From: Escherichia coli
Lineage (GTDB): Bacteria; Pseudomonadota; Gammaproteobacteria; Enterobacterales; Enterobacteriaceae
Length of the DNA: 64,000 nucleotides
Strand: one strand, 5' to 3'
NCBI RefSeq assembly: GCF_001677475.2
Contig: NZ_CP015229.1
The first letter of the stretch is position 1; the number at the start of each line of letters is the position of its first letter. This document shows, one piece after another, positions 37,164-52,555 of the stretch. The position numbers and the translations under genes were made by a program. A model generated the notes under the pieces. The model searched no databases. It saw only the letters and a program-made list of their open reading frames with translations, and was not told the DNA's origin.

Positions 37164-37279
37164 ATTTCGGCCACGCGATGGCGTAGCCCGAGACGATAAG
37201 TTCGCTTACCGGCTCGAATAAAGAGAGCTTCTCTCGATATTCAGTGCAGAATGAAAATCAGGTAGCCGAGTTCCAGGAT

Positions 37280-37354
<75 letters not shown>

Positions 37355-37360
37355 AGATGT

Positions 37361-37436
37361 GCTGATATAGCTCAGTTGGTAGAGCGCACCCTTGGTAAGG
37401 GTGAGGTCGGCAGTTCGAATCTGCCTATCAGCACCA
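37361..37436 (+). tRNA. thrT: tRNA-Thr
   Basis: GCTGATATAGCTCAGTTGGTAGAGCGCACCCTTGGTAAGGGTGAGGTCGGCAGTTCGAATCTGCCTATCAGCACCA. Confidence 0.98.
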
Positions 37437-37514
37437 CTTCTTTTCTCCTTCCTGTTTTTTCCTTCTGTTTATTGCATTCAACAAGTCGGGCATGTTGCCT
37501 GGTTGATGTGGTGA

Positions 37515-38735
<1,221 letters not shown>

Positions 38736-38766
38736 TTGCCGATAACATTTGACGCAATGCGCACTA

Positions 38767-38792
38767 AAAGGGCATCATTTGATGCCCTTTTT
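38767..38792 (+). terminator. tufB intrinsic terminator
   Basis: aaagggcatcatttgatgccctttttg. Confidence 0.8.
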
Positions 38793-38964
38793 GCACGCTT
38801 TCGTACCAGAACCTGGCTCATCAGTGATTTTCTTTGTCATAATCATTGCTGAGACAGGCTCTGTTGAGGGCGTATAATCCGAAAAGCTAATACGCGTTTC
38901 GATTTGGTTTGCCTCGCGATCGCGGGGTGAAAATGTTTGTAGAAAACTTCTGACAGGTTGGTTT

Positions 38965-39348
38965 ATGAGTGCGAATACCGAAGCTCAAGGAAGCGGGCGC
39001 GGCCTGGAAGCGATGAAGTGGGTCGTTGTGGTGGCATTGCTCCTGGTGGCGATTGTCGGCAACTATCTTTATCGCGACATTATGCTGCCGCTGCGTGCGC
39101 TGGCCGTAGTAATTCTGATTGCTGCAGCGGGTGGTGTCGCGCTGTTAACGACAAAAGGTAAAGCTACCGTTGCTTTTGCCCGTGAAGCGCGTACCGAAGT
39201 CCGTAAGGTCATTTGGCCGACTCGCCAGGAAACATTGCACACCACGCTGATTGTGGCTGCGGTTACCGCAGTAATGTCACTGATCCTGTGGGGACTGGAT
39301 GGTATTCTGGTTCGCCTGGTATCCTTTATCACTGGCCTGAGGTTCTGA
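38965..39348 (+). CDS. secE: Preprotein translocase subunit SecE
   Basis: 127-aa ORF with three hydrophobic segments. Confidence 0.95.
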
Positions 39349-39349
39349 G

Positions 39350-39895
39350 ATGTCTGAAGCTCCTAAAAAGCGCTGGTACGTCGTTCAGGCGTTTTCCGGT
39401 TTTGAAGGCCGCGTAGCAACGTCGCTGCGTGAGCATATCAAATTACACAACATGGAAGATTTGTTTGGTGAAGTCATGGTACCAACCGAAGAAGTGGTTG
39501 AAATCCGTGGCGGTCAGCGTCGCAAAAGCGAACGTAAATTCTTCCCTGGCTACGTCCTCGTTCAGATGGTGATGAACGACGCGAGCTGGCACCTGGTGCG
39601 CAGCGTACCGCGTGTGATGGGCTTCATCGGTGGTACTTCCGATCGTCCTGCGCCAATCAGCGATAAAGAAGTCGATGCGATTATGAACCGCCTGCAGCAG
39701 GTTGGTGATAAGCCGCGTCCGAAAACGCTGTTTGAACCGGGTGAAATGGTCCGTGTTAATGATGGTCCGTTCGCTGACTTCAACGGTGTTGTTGAAGAAG
39801 TGGATTACGAGAAATCTCGTCTGAAAGTGTCTGTTTCTATCTTCGGTCGTGCGACCCCGGTAGAGCTGGACTTCAGCCAGGTTGAAAAAGCCTAA
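39350..39895 (+). CDS. nusG: Transcription antitermination factor NusG
   Basis: 181-aa [26 protein letters not shown].. Confidence 0.96.
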
Positions 39896-39926
39896 CCCAG
39901 CGATCAAAAAAGCGGCGATTTAATCG

Positions 39927-39973
39927 TTGCACAAGGCGCGAGATTGGAATACAATTTCGCGCCTTTTGTTTTT
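39927..39973 (+). promoter_or_regulatory. rplKA (L11 operon) promoter superimposed on the nusG terminator hairpin
   Basis: -35 TTGCAC (39927-39932), 17-bp spacer, -10 TACAAT (39950-39955); embedded hairpin ggcgcgagatt..aatttcgcgcc followed by TTTTGTTTTT. Confidence 0.6.
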
Positions 39974-39990
39974 ATGGGCCTTGCCCGTAA

Positions 39991-41190
<1,200 letters not shown>

Positions 41191-41602
41191 TGCCTTTACG
41201 TGGGCGGTGATTTTGTCTACAATCTTACCCCCACGTATAATGCTTAATGCAGACGTATATCCGAGATATTCGGGTTGTGGCAAGGCGGCAACTGAGTGAG
41301 TCGCCAGGAGCATAGCTAACTATGTGACTGGTGCGAACGAAGGAAGCCAACGCCGCCACAAGCTGAATAGCGACGGATAGAAAAGATTTGTTCGTTGGAG
41401 CCTGGCCTATCCAGGCCTCCGTCGAAGACCGCAGGAGTTTCGCAAGAAACTTAATCCCCTGCGTAGACGGTGACAGAACGCTAAGATTATTCTTTTATAT
41501 TCTGGCTTGTTTCTGCTCACCGTAATTAAGACGCTCTCTCCGTTTGGAGGAGTGAAGTGAGTTCCAGAGATTTTCTCTGGCAAACATCCAGGAGCAAAGC
41601 TA
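41191..41602 (+). promoter_or_regulatory. rplJL leader (L10 promoter and L10-(L12)4 autoregulatory mRNA leader)
   Basis: About 410-nt untranslated, structured region between rplA and rplJ, as in the known L10 operon. Confidence 0.65.
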
Positions 41603-42100
41603 ATGGCTTTAAATCTTCAAGACAAACAAGCGATTGTTGCTGAAGTCAGCGAAGTAGCCAAAGGCGCGCTGTCTGCAGTAGTTGCGGATTCCCGTGGCGT
41701 AACTGTAGATAAAATGACTGAACTGCGTAAAGCAGGTCGCGAAGCTGGCGTATACATGCGTGTTGTTCGTAACACCCTGCTGCGCCGTGCTGTTGAAGGT
41801 ACTCCGTTCGAGTGCCTGAAAGACGCGTTTGTTGGTCCGACCCTGATTGCATACTCTATGGAACACCCGGGCGCTGCTGCTCGTCTGTTCAAAGAGTTCG
41901 CGAAAGCGAATGCAAAATTTGAGGTCAAAGCCGCTGCCTTTGAAGGTGAGCTGATCCCGGCGTCTCAGATCGACCGCCTGGCAACTCTGCCGACCTACGA
42001 AGAAGCAATTGCACGCCTGATGGCAACCATGAAAGAAGCTTCGGCTGGCAAACTGGTTCGTACTCTGGCTGCTGTACGCGATGCGAAAGAAGCTGCTTAA
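41603..42100 (+). CDS. rplJ: 50S ribosomal protein L10
   Basis: 165-aa [32 protein letters not shown].. Confidence 0.98.
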
Positions 42101-42166
42101 TCGCAGTTATCTTTTTAACGCATTCGCTTACGTATAAACTTATTCTGATATTCAGGAACAATTTAA

Positions 42167-42532
<366 letters not shown>

Positions 42533-42550
42533 GCCAACCCTTCCGGTTGC

Positions 42551-42606
42551 AGCCTGAGAAATCAGGCTGATGGCTGGTGACTTTTTAGTCACCAGCCTTT
42601 TTGCGC
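42551..42606 (+). terminator. rplL-rpoB intercistronic attenuator
   Basis: Two hairpins (cagcctgagaaatcaggctg; ggctggtgactttttagtcaccagcc) followed by TTTTTGCGC. Confidence 0.75.
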
Positions 42607-42851
42607 TGTAAGGCGCCAGTAGCGTTTCACACTGTTTGACTACTGCTGTGCCTTTCAATGCTTGTTTCTATCGACGACTTAATATACTGCGACAGGACGT
42701 CCGTTCTGTGTAAATCGCAATGAAATGGTTTAAGCGTGATAGCAACAGGCATTGCGGAAAGTGTTCCATTTTCCGGTCAACAAAATAGTGTTGCACAAAC
42801 TGTCCGCTCAATGGACAGATGGGTCGACTTGTCAGCGAGCTGAGGAACCCT

Positions 42852-45800
42852 ATGGTTTACTCCTATACCGAGAAAAAACGTATTCGTAAGGATTTTGGTA
42901 AACGTCCACAAGTTCTGGATGTACCTTATCTCCTTTCTATCCAGCTTGACTCGTTTCAGAAATTTATCGAGCAAGATCCTGAAGGGCAGTATGGTCTGGA
43001 AGCTGCTTTCCGTTCCGTATTCCCGATTCAGAGCTACAGCGGTAATTCCGAGCTGCAATACGTCAGCTACCGCCTTGGCGAACCGGTGTTTGACGTCCAG
43101 GAATGTCAAATCCGTGGCGTGACCTATTCCGCACCGCTGCGCGTTAAACTGCGTCTGGTGATCTATGAGCGCGAAGCGCCGGAAGGCACCGTAAAAGACA
43201 TTAAAGAACAAGAAGTCTACATGGGCGAAATTCCGCTCATGACAGACAACGGTACCTTTGTTATCAACGGTACTGAGCGTGTTATCGTTTCCCAGCTGCA
43301 CCGTAGTCCGGGCGTCTTCTTTGACTCCGACAAAGGTAAAACCCACTCTTCGGGTAAAGTGCTGTATAACGCGCGCATCATCCCTTACCGTGGTTCCTGG
43401 CTGGACTTCGAATTCGATCCGAAGGACAACCTGTTCGTACGTATCGACCGTCGCCGTAAACTGCCTGCGACCATCATTCTGCGCGCCCTGAACTACACCA
43501 CAGAGCAGATCCTCGACCTGTTCTTTGAAAAAGTTATCTTTGAAATCCGTGATAACAAGCTGCAGATGGAACTGGTGCCGGAACGCCTGCGTGGTGAAAC
43601 CGCATCTTTTGACATCGAAGCTAACGGTAAAGTGTACGTAGAAAAAGGCCGCCGTATCACTGCGCGCCACATTCGCCAGCTGGAAAAAGACGACGTCAAA
43701 CTGATCGAAGTCCCGGTTGAGTACATCGCAGGTAAAGTGGTTGCTAAAGACTATATTGATGAGTCTACCGGCGAGCTGATCTGCGCAGCGAACATGGAGC
43801 TGAGCCTGGATCTGCTGGCTAAGCTGAGCCAGTCTGGTCACAAGCGTATCGAAACGCTGTTCACCAACGACCTGGATCACGGCCCGTATATCTCTGAAAC
43901 CTTACGTGTCGACCCAACTAACGACCGTCTGAGCGCACTGGTAGAAATCTACCGCATGATGCGCCCTGGCGAGCCGCCGACTCGTGAAGCAGCTGAAAGC
44001 CTGTTCGAGAACCTGTTCTTCTCCGAAGACCGTTATGACCTGTCTGCGGTTGGTCGTATGAAGTTCAACCGTTCTCTGCTGCGCGAAGAAATCGAAGGTT
44101 CCGGTATCCTGAGCAAAGACGACATCATTGATGTTATGAAAAAACTCATCGATATCCGTAACGGTAAAGGCGAAGTCGATGATATCGACCACCTCGGCAA
44201 CCGTCGTATCCGTTCCGTTGGCGAAATGGCGGAAAACCAGTTCCGCGTTGGCCTGGTACGTGTAGAGCGTGCGGTGAAAGAGCGTCTGTCTCTGGGCGAT
44301 CTGGATACCCTGATGCCTCAGGATATGATCAACGCCAAGCCGATTTCCGCAGCAGTGAAAGAGTTCTTCGGTTCCAGCCAGTTGTCTCAGTTTATGGACC
44401 AGAACAACCCGCTGTCTGAGATTACGCACAAACGTCGTATCTCCGCACTCGGCCCAGGCGGTCTGACCCGTGAACGTGCAGGCTTCGAAGTTCGAGACGT
44501 ACACCCGACTCACTACGGTCGCGTATGTCCAATCGAAACCCCTGAAGGTCCGAACATCGGTCTGATCAACTCTCTGTCCGTGTACGCACAGACTAACGAA
44601 TACGGCTTCCTTGAGACTCCGTATCGTAAAGTGACTGACGGTGTTGTAACCGACGAAATTCACTACCTGTCTGCTATCGAAGAAGGCAACTACGTTATCG
44701 CTCAGGCGAACTCCAACCTGGATGAAGAAGGCCACTTCGTAGAAGACCTGGTAACTTGCCGTAGCAAAGGCGAATCCAGCTTGTTCAGCCGCGACCAGGT
44801 TGACTACATGGACGTATCCACTCAGCAGGTGGTATCCGTCGGTGCGTCCCTGATCCCGTTCCTGGAACACGATGACGCCAACCGTGCATTGATGGGTGCG
44901 AACATGCAACGTCAGGCCGTTCCGACTCTGCGCGCTGATAAGCCGCTGGTTGGTACGGGTATGGAACGTGCTGTTGCCGTTGACTCCGGTGTAACTGCGG
45001 TTGCTAAACGTGGCGGTGTCGTTCAGTACGTGGATGCTTCCCGTATCGTTATCAAAGTTAACGAAGACGAGATGTATCCGGGTGAAGCAGGTATCGACAT
45101 CTACAACCTGACCAAATACACCCGTTCTAACCAGAACACCTGTATCAACCAGATGCCGTGTGTGTCTCTGGGTGAACCGGTAGAACGTGGCGACGTGCTG
45201 GCAGACGGTCCGTCCACCGACCTCGGTGAACTGGCGCTTGGTCAGAACATGCGCGTAGCGTTCATGCCGTGGAATGGTTACAACTTCGAAGACTCCATCC
45301 TCGTATCCGAGCGTGTTGTTCAGGAAGACCGTTTCACCACCATCCACATTCAGGAACTGGCGTGTGTGTCCCGTGACACCAAGCTGGGGCCGGAAGAGAT
45401 CACCGCTGACATCCCGAACGTGGGTGAAGCTGCGCTCTCCAAACTGGATGAATCCGGTATCGTTTACATTGGTGCGGAAGTGACCGGTGGTGACATTCTG
45501 GTTGGTAAGGTAACGCCGAAAGGTGAAACTCAGCTGACCCCAGAAGAAAAACTGCTGCGTGCGATCTTCGGTGAGAAAGCGTCTGACGTTAAAGACTCTT
45601 CTCTGCGCGTACCAAACGGTGTATCCGGTACGGTTATCGACGTTCAGGTCTTTACTCGCGATGGCGTAGAAAAAGACAAACGTGCGCTGGAAATCGAAGA
45701 AATGCAGCTCAAACAGGCGAAGAAAGACCTGTCTGAAGAACTGCAGATCCTCGAAGCGGGTCTGTTCAGCCGTATCCGTGCTGTGCTGGTAGCCGGTGGC

Positions 45801-46880
45801 GTTGAAGCTGAGAAGCTCGACAAACTGCCGCGCGATCGCTGGCTGGAGCTGGGCCTGACCGACGAAGAGAAACAAAATCAGCTGGAACAGCTGGCTGAGC
45901 AGTATGACGAACTGAAACACGAGTTCGAGAAGAAACTCGAAGCGAAACGCCGCAAAATCACCCAGGGCGACGATCTGGCACCGGGCGTGCTGAAGATTGT
46001 TAAGGTATATCTGGCGGTTAAACGCCGTATCCAGCCTGGTGACAAGATGGCAGGTCGTCACGGTAACAAGGGTGTAATTTCTAAGATCAACCCGATCGAA
46101 GATATGCCTTACGATGAAAACGGTACGCCGGTAGACATCGTACTGAACCCGCTGGGCGTACCGTCTCGTATGAACATCGGTCAGATCCTCGAAACCCACC
46201 TGGGTATGGCTGCGAAAGGTATCGGCGACAAGATCAACGCCATGCTGAAACAGCAGCAAGAAGTCGCGAAACTGCGCGAATTCATCCAGCGTGCTTACGA
46301 TCTGGGCGCTGACGTTCGTCAGAAAGTTGACCTGAGTACCTTCAGCGATGAAGAAGTTATGCGTCTGGCTGAAAACCTGCGCAAAGGTATGCCAATCGCA
46401 ACGCCGGTCTTCGACGGTGCGAAAGAAGCAGAAATTAAAGAGCTGCTGAAACTTGGCGACCTGCCGACTTCTGGTCAGATCCGCCTGTACGACGGTCGCA
46501 CTGGTGAACAGTTCGAACGTCCGGTAACCGTTGGTTACATGTACATGCTGAAACTGAACCACCTGGTCGACGACAAGATGCACGCGCGTTCCACCGGTTC
46601 TTACAGCCTGGTTACTCAGCAGCCGCTGGGTGGTAAGGCACAGTTCGGTGGTCAGCGTTTCGGGGAGATGGAAGTGTGGGCGCTGGAAGCATACGGCGCA
46701 GCATACACCCTGCAGGAAATGCTCACCGTTAAGTCTGATGACGTGAACGGTCGTACCAAGATGTATAAAAACATCGTGGACGGCAACCATCAGATGGAGC
46801 CGGGCATGCCAGAATCCTTCAACGTATTGTTGAAAGAGATTCGTTCGCTGGGTATCAACATCGAACTGGAAGACGAGTAA
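42852..46880 (+). CDS. rpoB: DNA-directed RNA polymerase beta subunit
   Basis: ORF-track 42819..46880 trimmed to Met at 42852 ([31 protein letters not shown]..), 1342 aa; rifampicin cluster I reads the wild-type [32 protein letters not shown]. Confidence 0.98.
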
Positions 46881-46956
46881 TTCTCGCTCAAACAGGTCAC
46901 TGCTGTCGGGGTAAAACCCGGCAGCGGATTGTGCTAACTCCGACGGGAGCAAATCC

Positions 46957-49900
46957 GTGAAAGATTTATTAAAGTTTCTGAAAGCGCAGACTAAAACCGA
47001 AGAGTTTGATGCGATCAAAATTGCTCTGGCTTCGCCAGACATGATCCGTTCATGGTCTTTCGGTGAAGTTAAAAAGCCGGAAACCATCAACTACCGTACG
47101 TTCAAACCAGAACGTGACGGCCTTTTCTGCGCCCGTATCTTTGGGCCGGTAAAAGATTACGAGTGCCTGTGCGGTAAGTACAAGCGCCTGAAACACCGTG
47201 GCGTCATCTGTGAGAAGTGCGGCGTTGAAGTGACCCAGACTAAAGTACGCCGTGAGCGTATGGGCCACATCGAACTGGCTTCCCCGACTGCGCACATCTG
47301 GTTCCTGAAATCGCTGCCGTCCCGTATCGGCCTGCTGCTCGATATGCCGCTGCGCGATATCGAACGCGTACTGTACTTCGAATCCTATGTGGTTATCGAA
47401 GGCGGTATGACCAACCTGGAACGTCAGCAGATCCTGACTGAAGAGCAGTATCTGGACGCGCTGGAAGAGTTCGGTGACGAATTCGACGCGAAAATGGGTG
47501 CGGAAGCAATCCAGGCCCTGCTGAAGAGCATGGATCTGGAGCAAGAGTGCGAACAGCTGCGTGAAGAGCTGAACGAAACTAACTCCGAAACCAAGCGTAA
47601 AAAGCTGACCAAGCGTATCAAACTGCTGGAAGCGTTCGTTCAGTCTGGTAACAAACCAGAGTGGATGATCCTGACCGTTCTGCCGGTACTGCCGCCAGAT
47701 CTGCGTCCGCTGGTTCCGCTGGATGGTGGTCGTTTCGCGACTTCTGACCTGAACGATCTGTATCGTCGCGTCATTAACCGTAACAACCGTCTGAAACGTC
47801 TGCTGGATCTGGCTGCGCCGGACATCATCGTACGTAACGAAAAACGTATGCTGCAGGAAGCGGTTGACGCCCTGTTGGATAACGGTCGTCGCGGTCGTGC
47901 GATCACCGGTTCTAACAAGCGTCCTCTGAAATCTTTGGCCGACATGATCAAAGGTAAACAGGGTCGTTTCCGTCAGAACTTGCTCGGTAAGCGTGTTGAC
48001 TACTCCGGTCGTTCTGTAATCACCGTAGGTCCATACCTGCGTCTGCATCAGTGCGGTCTGCCGAAGAAAATGGCACTGGAGCTGTTCAAACCGTTCATCT
48101 ATGGCAAGCTGGAACTGCGTGGTCTTGCTACCACCATTAAAGCTGCGAAGAAAATGGTTGAGCGCGAAGAAGCTGTCGTTTGGGATATCCTGGACGAAGT
48201 TATCCGCGAACACCCGGTACTGCTGAACCGTGCACCGACTCTGCACCGTCTGGGTATCCAGGCATTTGAACCGGTACTGATCGAAGGTAAAGCTATCCAG
48301 CTGCACCCGCTGGTTTGTGCGGCATATAACGCCGACTTCGATGGTGACCAGATGGCTGTTCACGTACCGCTGACGCTGGAAGCCCAGCTGGAAGCGCGTG
48401 CGCTGATGATGTCTACCAACAACATCCTGTCCCCGGCGAACGGCGAACCAATCATCGTTCCGTCTCAGGACGTTGTTCTGGGTCTGTACTATATGACCCG
48501 TGACTGTGTTAACGCCAAAGGCGAAGGCATGGTGCTGACTGGCCCGAAAGAAGCAGAACGTCTGTATCGCTCTGGTCTGGCTTCTCTGCATGCGCGCGTT
48601 AAAGTGCGTATCACCGAGTATGAAAAAGATGCTAACGGTGAATTAGTAGCGAAAACCAGCCTGAAAGACACGACTGTTGGCCGTGCCATTCTGTGGATGA
48701 TTGTACCGAAAGGTCTGCCTTACTCCATCGTCAACCAGGCGCTGGGTAAAAAAGCAATCTCCAAAATGCTGAACACCTGCTACCGCATTCTCGGTCTGAA
48801 ACCGACCGTTATTTTTGCGGACCAGATCATGTACACCGGCTTCGCCTATGCAGCGCGTTCTGGTGCATCTGTTGGTATCGATGACATGGTCATCCCGGAG
48901 AAGAAACACGAAATCATCTCCGAGGCAGAAGCAGAAGTTGCTGAAATTCAGGAGCAGTTCCAGTCTGGTCTGGTAACTGCGGGCGAACGCTACAACAAAG
49001 TTATCGATATCTGGGCTGCGGCGAACGATCGTGTATCCAAAGCGATGATGGATAACCTGCAAACTGAAACCGTTATTAACCGTGACGGTCAGGAAGAGAA
49101 GCAGGTTTCCTTCAACAGCATCTACATGATGGCCGACTCCGGTGCGCGTGGTTCTGCGGCACAGATTCGTCAGCTTGCTGGTATGCGTGGTCTGATGGCG
49201 AAGCCGGATGGCTCCATCATCGAAACGCCAATCACCGCGAACTTCCGTGAAGGCCTGAACGTACTCCAGTACTTCATCTCCACCCACGGTGCTCGTAAGG
49301 GTCTGGCGGATACCGCACTGAAAACTGCGAACTCCGGTTACCTGACTCGTCGTCTGGTTGACGTGGCGCAGGACCTGGTGGTTACCGAAGACGATTGTGG
49401 TACCCATGAAGGTATCATGATGACTCCGGTTATCGAGGGTGGTGACGTTAAAGAGCCGCTGCGCGATCGCGTACTGGGTCGTGTAACTGCTGAAGACGTT
49501 CTGAAGCCGGGTACTGCTGATATACTCGTTCCGCGCAACACGCTGCTGCACGAACAGTGGTGTGACCTGCTGGAAGAGAACTCTGTCGACGCGGTTAAAG
49601 TACGTTCTGTTGTATCTTGTGACACCGACTTTGGTGTATGTGCGCACTGCTACGGTCGTGACCTGGCGCGTGGCCACATCATCAACAAAGGTGAGGCAAT
49701 CGGTGTTATCGCGGCACAGTCCATCGGTGAACCGGGTACACAGCTGACCATGCGTACGTTCCACATCGGTGGTGCGGCATCTCGTGCGGCTGCTGAATCC
49801 AGCATCCAGGTGAAAAACAAAGGTAGCATCAAGCTCAGCAACGTGAAGTCGGTTGTGAACTCCAGCGGTAAACTGGTTATCACTTCCCGTAACACCGAAC

Positions 49901-51180
49901 TGAAACTGATCGACGAATTCGGTCGTACCAAAGAAAGCTACAAAGTGCCTTACGGTGCGGTACTGGCGAAAGGCGATGGCGAACAGGTTGCTGGTGGCGA
50001 AACCGTTGCAAACTGGGACCCGCACACCATGCCGGTTATCACCGAAGTAAGCGGTTTTGTACGCTTTACTGACATGATCGACGGCCAGACCATTACGCGT
50101 CAGACCGACGAACTGACCGGTCTGTCTTCGCTGGTGGTTCTGGATTCCGCAGAACGTACCGCAGGTGGTAAAGATCTGCGTCCGGCACTGAAAATCGTTG
50201 ATGCTCAGGGTAACGACGTTCTGATCCCGGGTACCGATATGCCTGCGCAGTACTTCCTGCCGGGTAAAGCGATTGTTCAGCTGGAAGATGGCGTACAGAT
50301 CAGCTCTGGTGACACCCTGGCGCGTATTCCGCAGGAATCCGGCGGTACCAAGGACATCACCGGTGGTCTGCCGCGCGTTGCGGACCTGTTCGAAGCACGT
50401 CGTCCGAAAGAGCCGGCAATCCTGGCTGAAATCAGCGGTATCGTTTCCTTCGGTAAAGAAACCAAAGGTAAACGTCGTCTGGTTATCACCCCGGTAGATG
50501 GTAGCGATCCGTACGAAGAGATGATTCCGAAATGGCGTCAGCTCAACGTGTTTGAAGGTGAACGTGTAGAACGTGGTGACGTAATTTCCGACGGTCCGGA
50601 AGCGCCGCACGACATTCTGCGTCTGCGTGGTGTTCATGCTGTTACTCGTTACATCGTTAACGAAGTACAGGACGTATACCGTCTGCAGGGCGTTAAGATT
50701 AACGATAAACACATCGAAGTTATCGTTCGTCAGATGCTGCGTAAAGCTACCATCGTTAACGCGGGCAGCTCCGACTTCCTGGAAGGCGAACAGGTTGAAT
50801 ACTCTCGCGTCAAGATCGCAAACCGCGAACTGGAAGCGAACGGCAAAGTGGGTGCAACTTACTCCCGCGATCTGCTGGGTATCACCAAAGCGTCTCTGGC
50901 AACCGAGTCCTTCATCTCCGCGGCATCGTTCCAGGAGACCACTCGCGTGCTGACCGAAGCAGCCGTTGCGGGCAAACGCGACGAACTGCGCGGCCTGAAA
51001 GAGAACGTTATCGTGGGTCGTCTGATCCCGGCTGGTACCGGTTACGCGTATCACCAGGATCGTATGCGTCGCCGTGCTGCGGGTGAAGCTCCGGCTGCAC
51101 CGCAGGTGACTGCAGAAGACGCATCTGCCAGCCTGGCAGAACTGCTGAACGCAGGTCTGGGCGGTTCTGATAACGAGTAA
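46957..51180 (+). CDS. rpoC: DNA-directed RNA polymerase beta-prime subunit
   Basis: 1407-aa ORF from a GTG start (ORF track shows M); zinc-binding CxxC motifs; NADFDGD catalytic motif. Confidence 0.98.
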
Positions 51181-51202
51181 TCGTTAATCCGAAAATAACG
51201 TA

Positions 51203-51228
51203 AAAACCCGCTTCGGCGGGTTTTTTTA
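51203..51228 (+). terminator. rpoC intrinsic terminator
   Basis: aaaaacccgcttcggcgggttttttt. Confidence 0.9.
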
Positions 51229-51421
51229 TGGGAGTTATTCAGAGGGCAAAGTCTTCACGGGAAATATTAAGAAAGGCAGGGCGAAACGAGGAAGAAGCTT
51301 TTCGCCCTGGACAACATTCCTGCTGACGGCACTACCATAAAAAAACACAACGCTTTCAACAACCTTGCGTTTTTCATCTTCCGGAGCTGCTCGGAATAAA
51401 TTTACGTTCTTACATTCCGTC

Positions 51422-52555
51422 TCATGGCCTTTGCGAGGCGCGTCCCAGATAGCTGTCCCAGTCTTTCCATACCGGCTGCAAACCCTGAGCGGTTAACGCG
51501 GCAGCAACCGCTTCCGGTCTGCGATCGTCGTGTGGTGAGAACTGTTCCAGCTCGGGGTGATTGTCGGCATAACCCCCTGGCTGCGTTTTCGAGAAGGCGC
51601 TGACGTTATTGATCGCCAGCGGAATAACGCGATCGCGAAACCACGGTGATTCCCGCGTGGAGAGTGACAGTTCAATCTCCGGTGCAAGCAGTCGGAAGGC
51701 GCAGATGGTTTGCACTAACTGGCGTTCATCCATAATCGACGCAGGCTCAATGCCGCCAGTACACGGGCGCAGGCGCGGAAAGGAGACAGAGTAACGGCTT
51801 TGCCAGTAATGCTGTTGCAGCCATAGCAAATGTTCGGCAACCATATAGCAGTCAACGCGCCAGCTGTCGGAAAGGCCAATTAGCGCGCCGAGGCCTATCT
51901 TATCAATCCCCGCACACCCCAGCCGATCCGGCGTTTCCAGCCGCCAGAAGAAGTCCTGTTTTTTGCCTTTCAGATGATGACGGGCATATGTCGCCTCGTG
52001 ATACGTCTCCTGATAAACCATCACCCCATCGAGACCAAGCTGTTTTAGCTCGGCATATTCCGCCTCCGCCAGCGGTTGCACTTCCAGCTGTAGTGAAGAG
52101 AACTGTTCACGCAGGGCAGGAAGATGACGACGAAAGTAATCCATCCCCACTTTCGCCTGATGTTCACCAGTGACTAATAGCAGATGTTCAAAGCCCATCT
52201 CCCGTATAGCGGCGCTTTCCCTGGCAATATCCGCTTCATCCAGCGTTTTGCGCTTGATGCGGTTGCTCATGGAAAATCCGCAGTACGTGCAGTCGTTAGC
52301 GCAAAGATTGGAAAGATAAAGCGGGACGTAAAGACTGACAACGTTGCCAAATCGTTGACGGGTCAGACGCTGCGCCCGTTGGGCCAGTGGTTCCAGATAG
52401 CCACTGGCGGCTGGCGATAACAGCGCCATCATATCGTCGCGGGTGAGTTGCGAGGCATTTAGCGCCCGCTCTACGTCAGCAGCCGTTTTGCTGTTGATAT
52501 GCAGGCGGATGTCGTCCCAGTCCAGTTGTCGCCAGCGATCGCTGAAGGTTTTCAT
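51422..52555 (-). CDS. thiH: 2-iminoacetate synthase (tyrosine lyase, radical SAM)
   Basis: 377-aa ORF; CANDCTYC radical-SAM triad. Confidence 0.95.
   Translation of the reverse strand: MKTFSDRWRQLDWDDIRLHINSKTAADVERALNASQLTRDDMMALLSPAASGYLEPLAQRAQRLTRQRFGNVVSLYVPLYLSNLCANDCTYCGFSMSNRIKRKTLDEADIARESAAIREMGFEHLLLVTGEHQAKVGMDYFRRHLPALREQFSSLQLEVQPLAEAEYAELKQLGLDGVMVYQETYHEATYARHHLKGKKQDFFWRLETPDRLGCAGIDKIGLGALIGLSDSWRVDCYMVAEHLLWLQQHYWQSRYSVSFPRLRPCTGGIEPASIMDERQLVQTICAFRLLAPEIELSLSTRESPWFRDRVIPLAINNVSAFSKTQPGGYADNHPELEQFSPHDDRRPEAVAAALTAQGLQPVWKDWDSYLGRASQRP

Noticed and set aside
42852-46880. Possible rifampicin-resistance substitutions in rpoB
   Set aside because: The cluster I region reads the wild-type sequence (Q513, D516, H526 and S531 all present), so there is no evidence of a resistance allele.
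42777-51054. Very long antisense ORFs opposite rpoB and rpoC (367, 1062, 513 and 803 aa on the minus strand), with similar cases opposite tufB (37536..38645), rplK/rplA (40000..41313) and thiC (55476..56381 on plus)
   Set aside because: They lie exactly antisense to highly expressed, codon-biased genes whose identity is certain. Stop-free antisense frames are a known by-product of such codon usage, and the translations are low-complexity with no recognisable domains.
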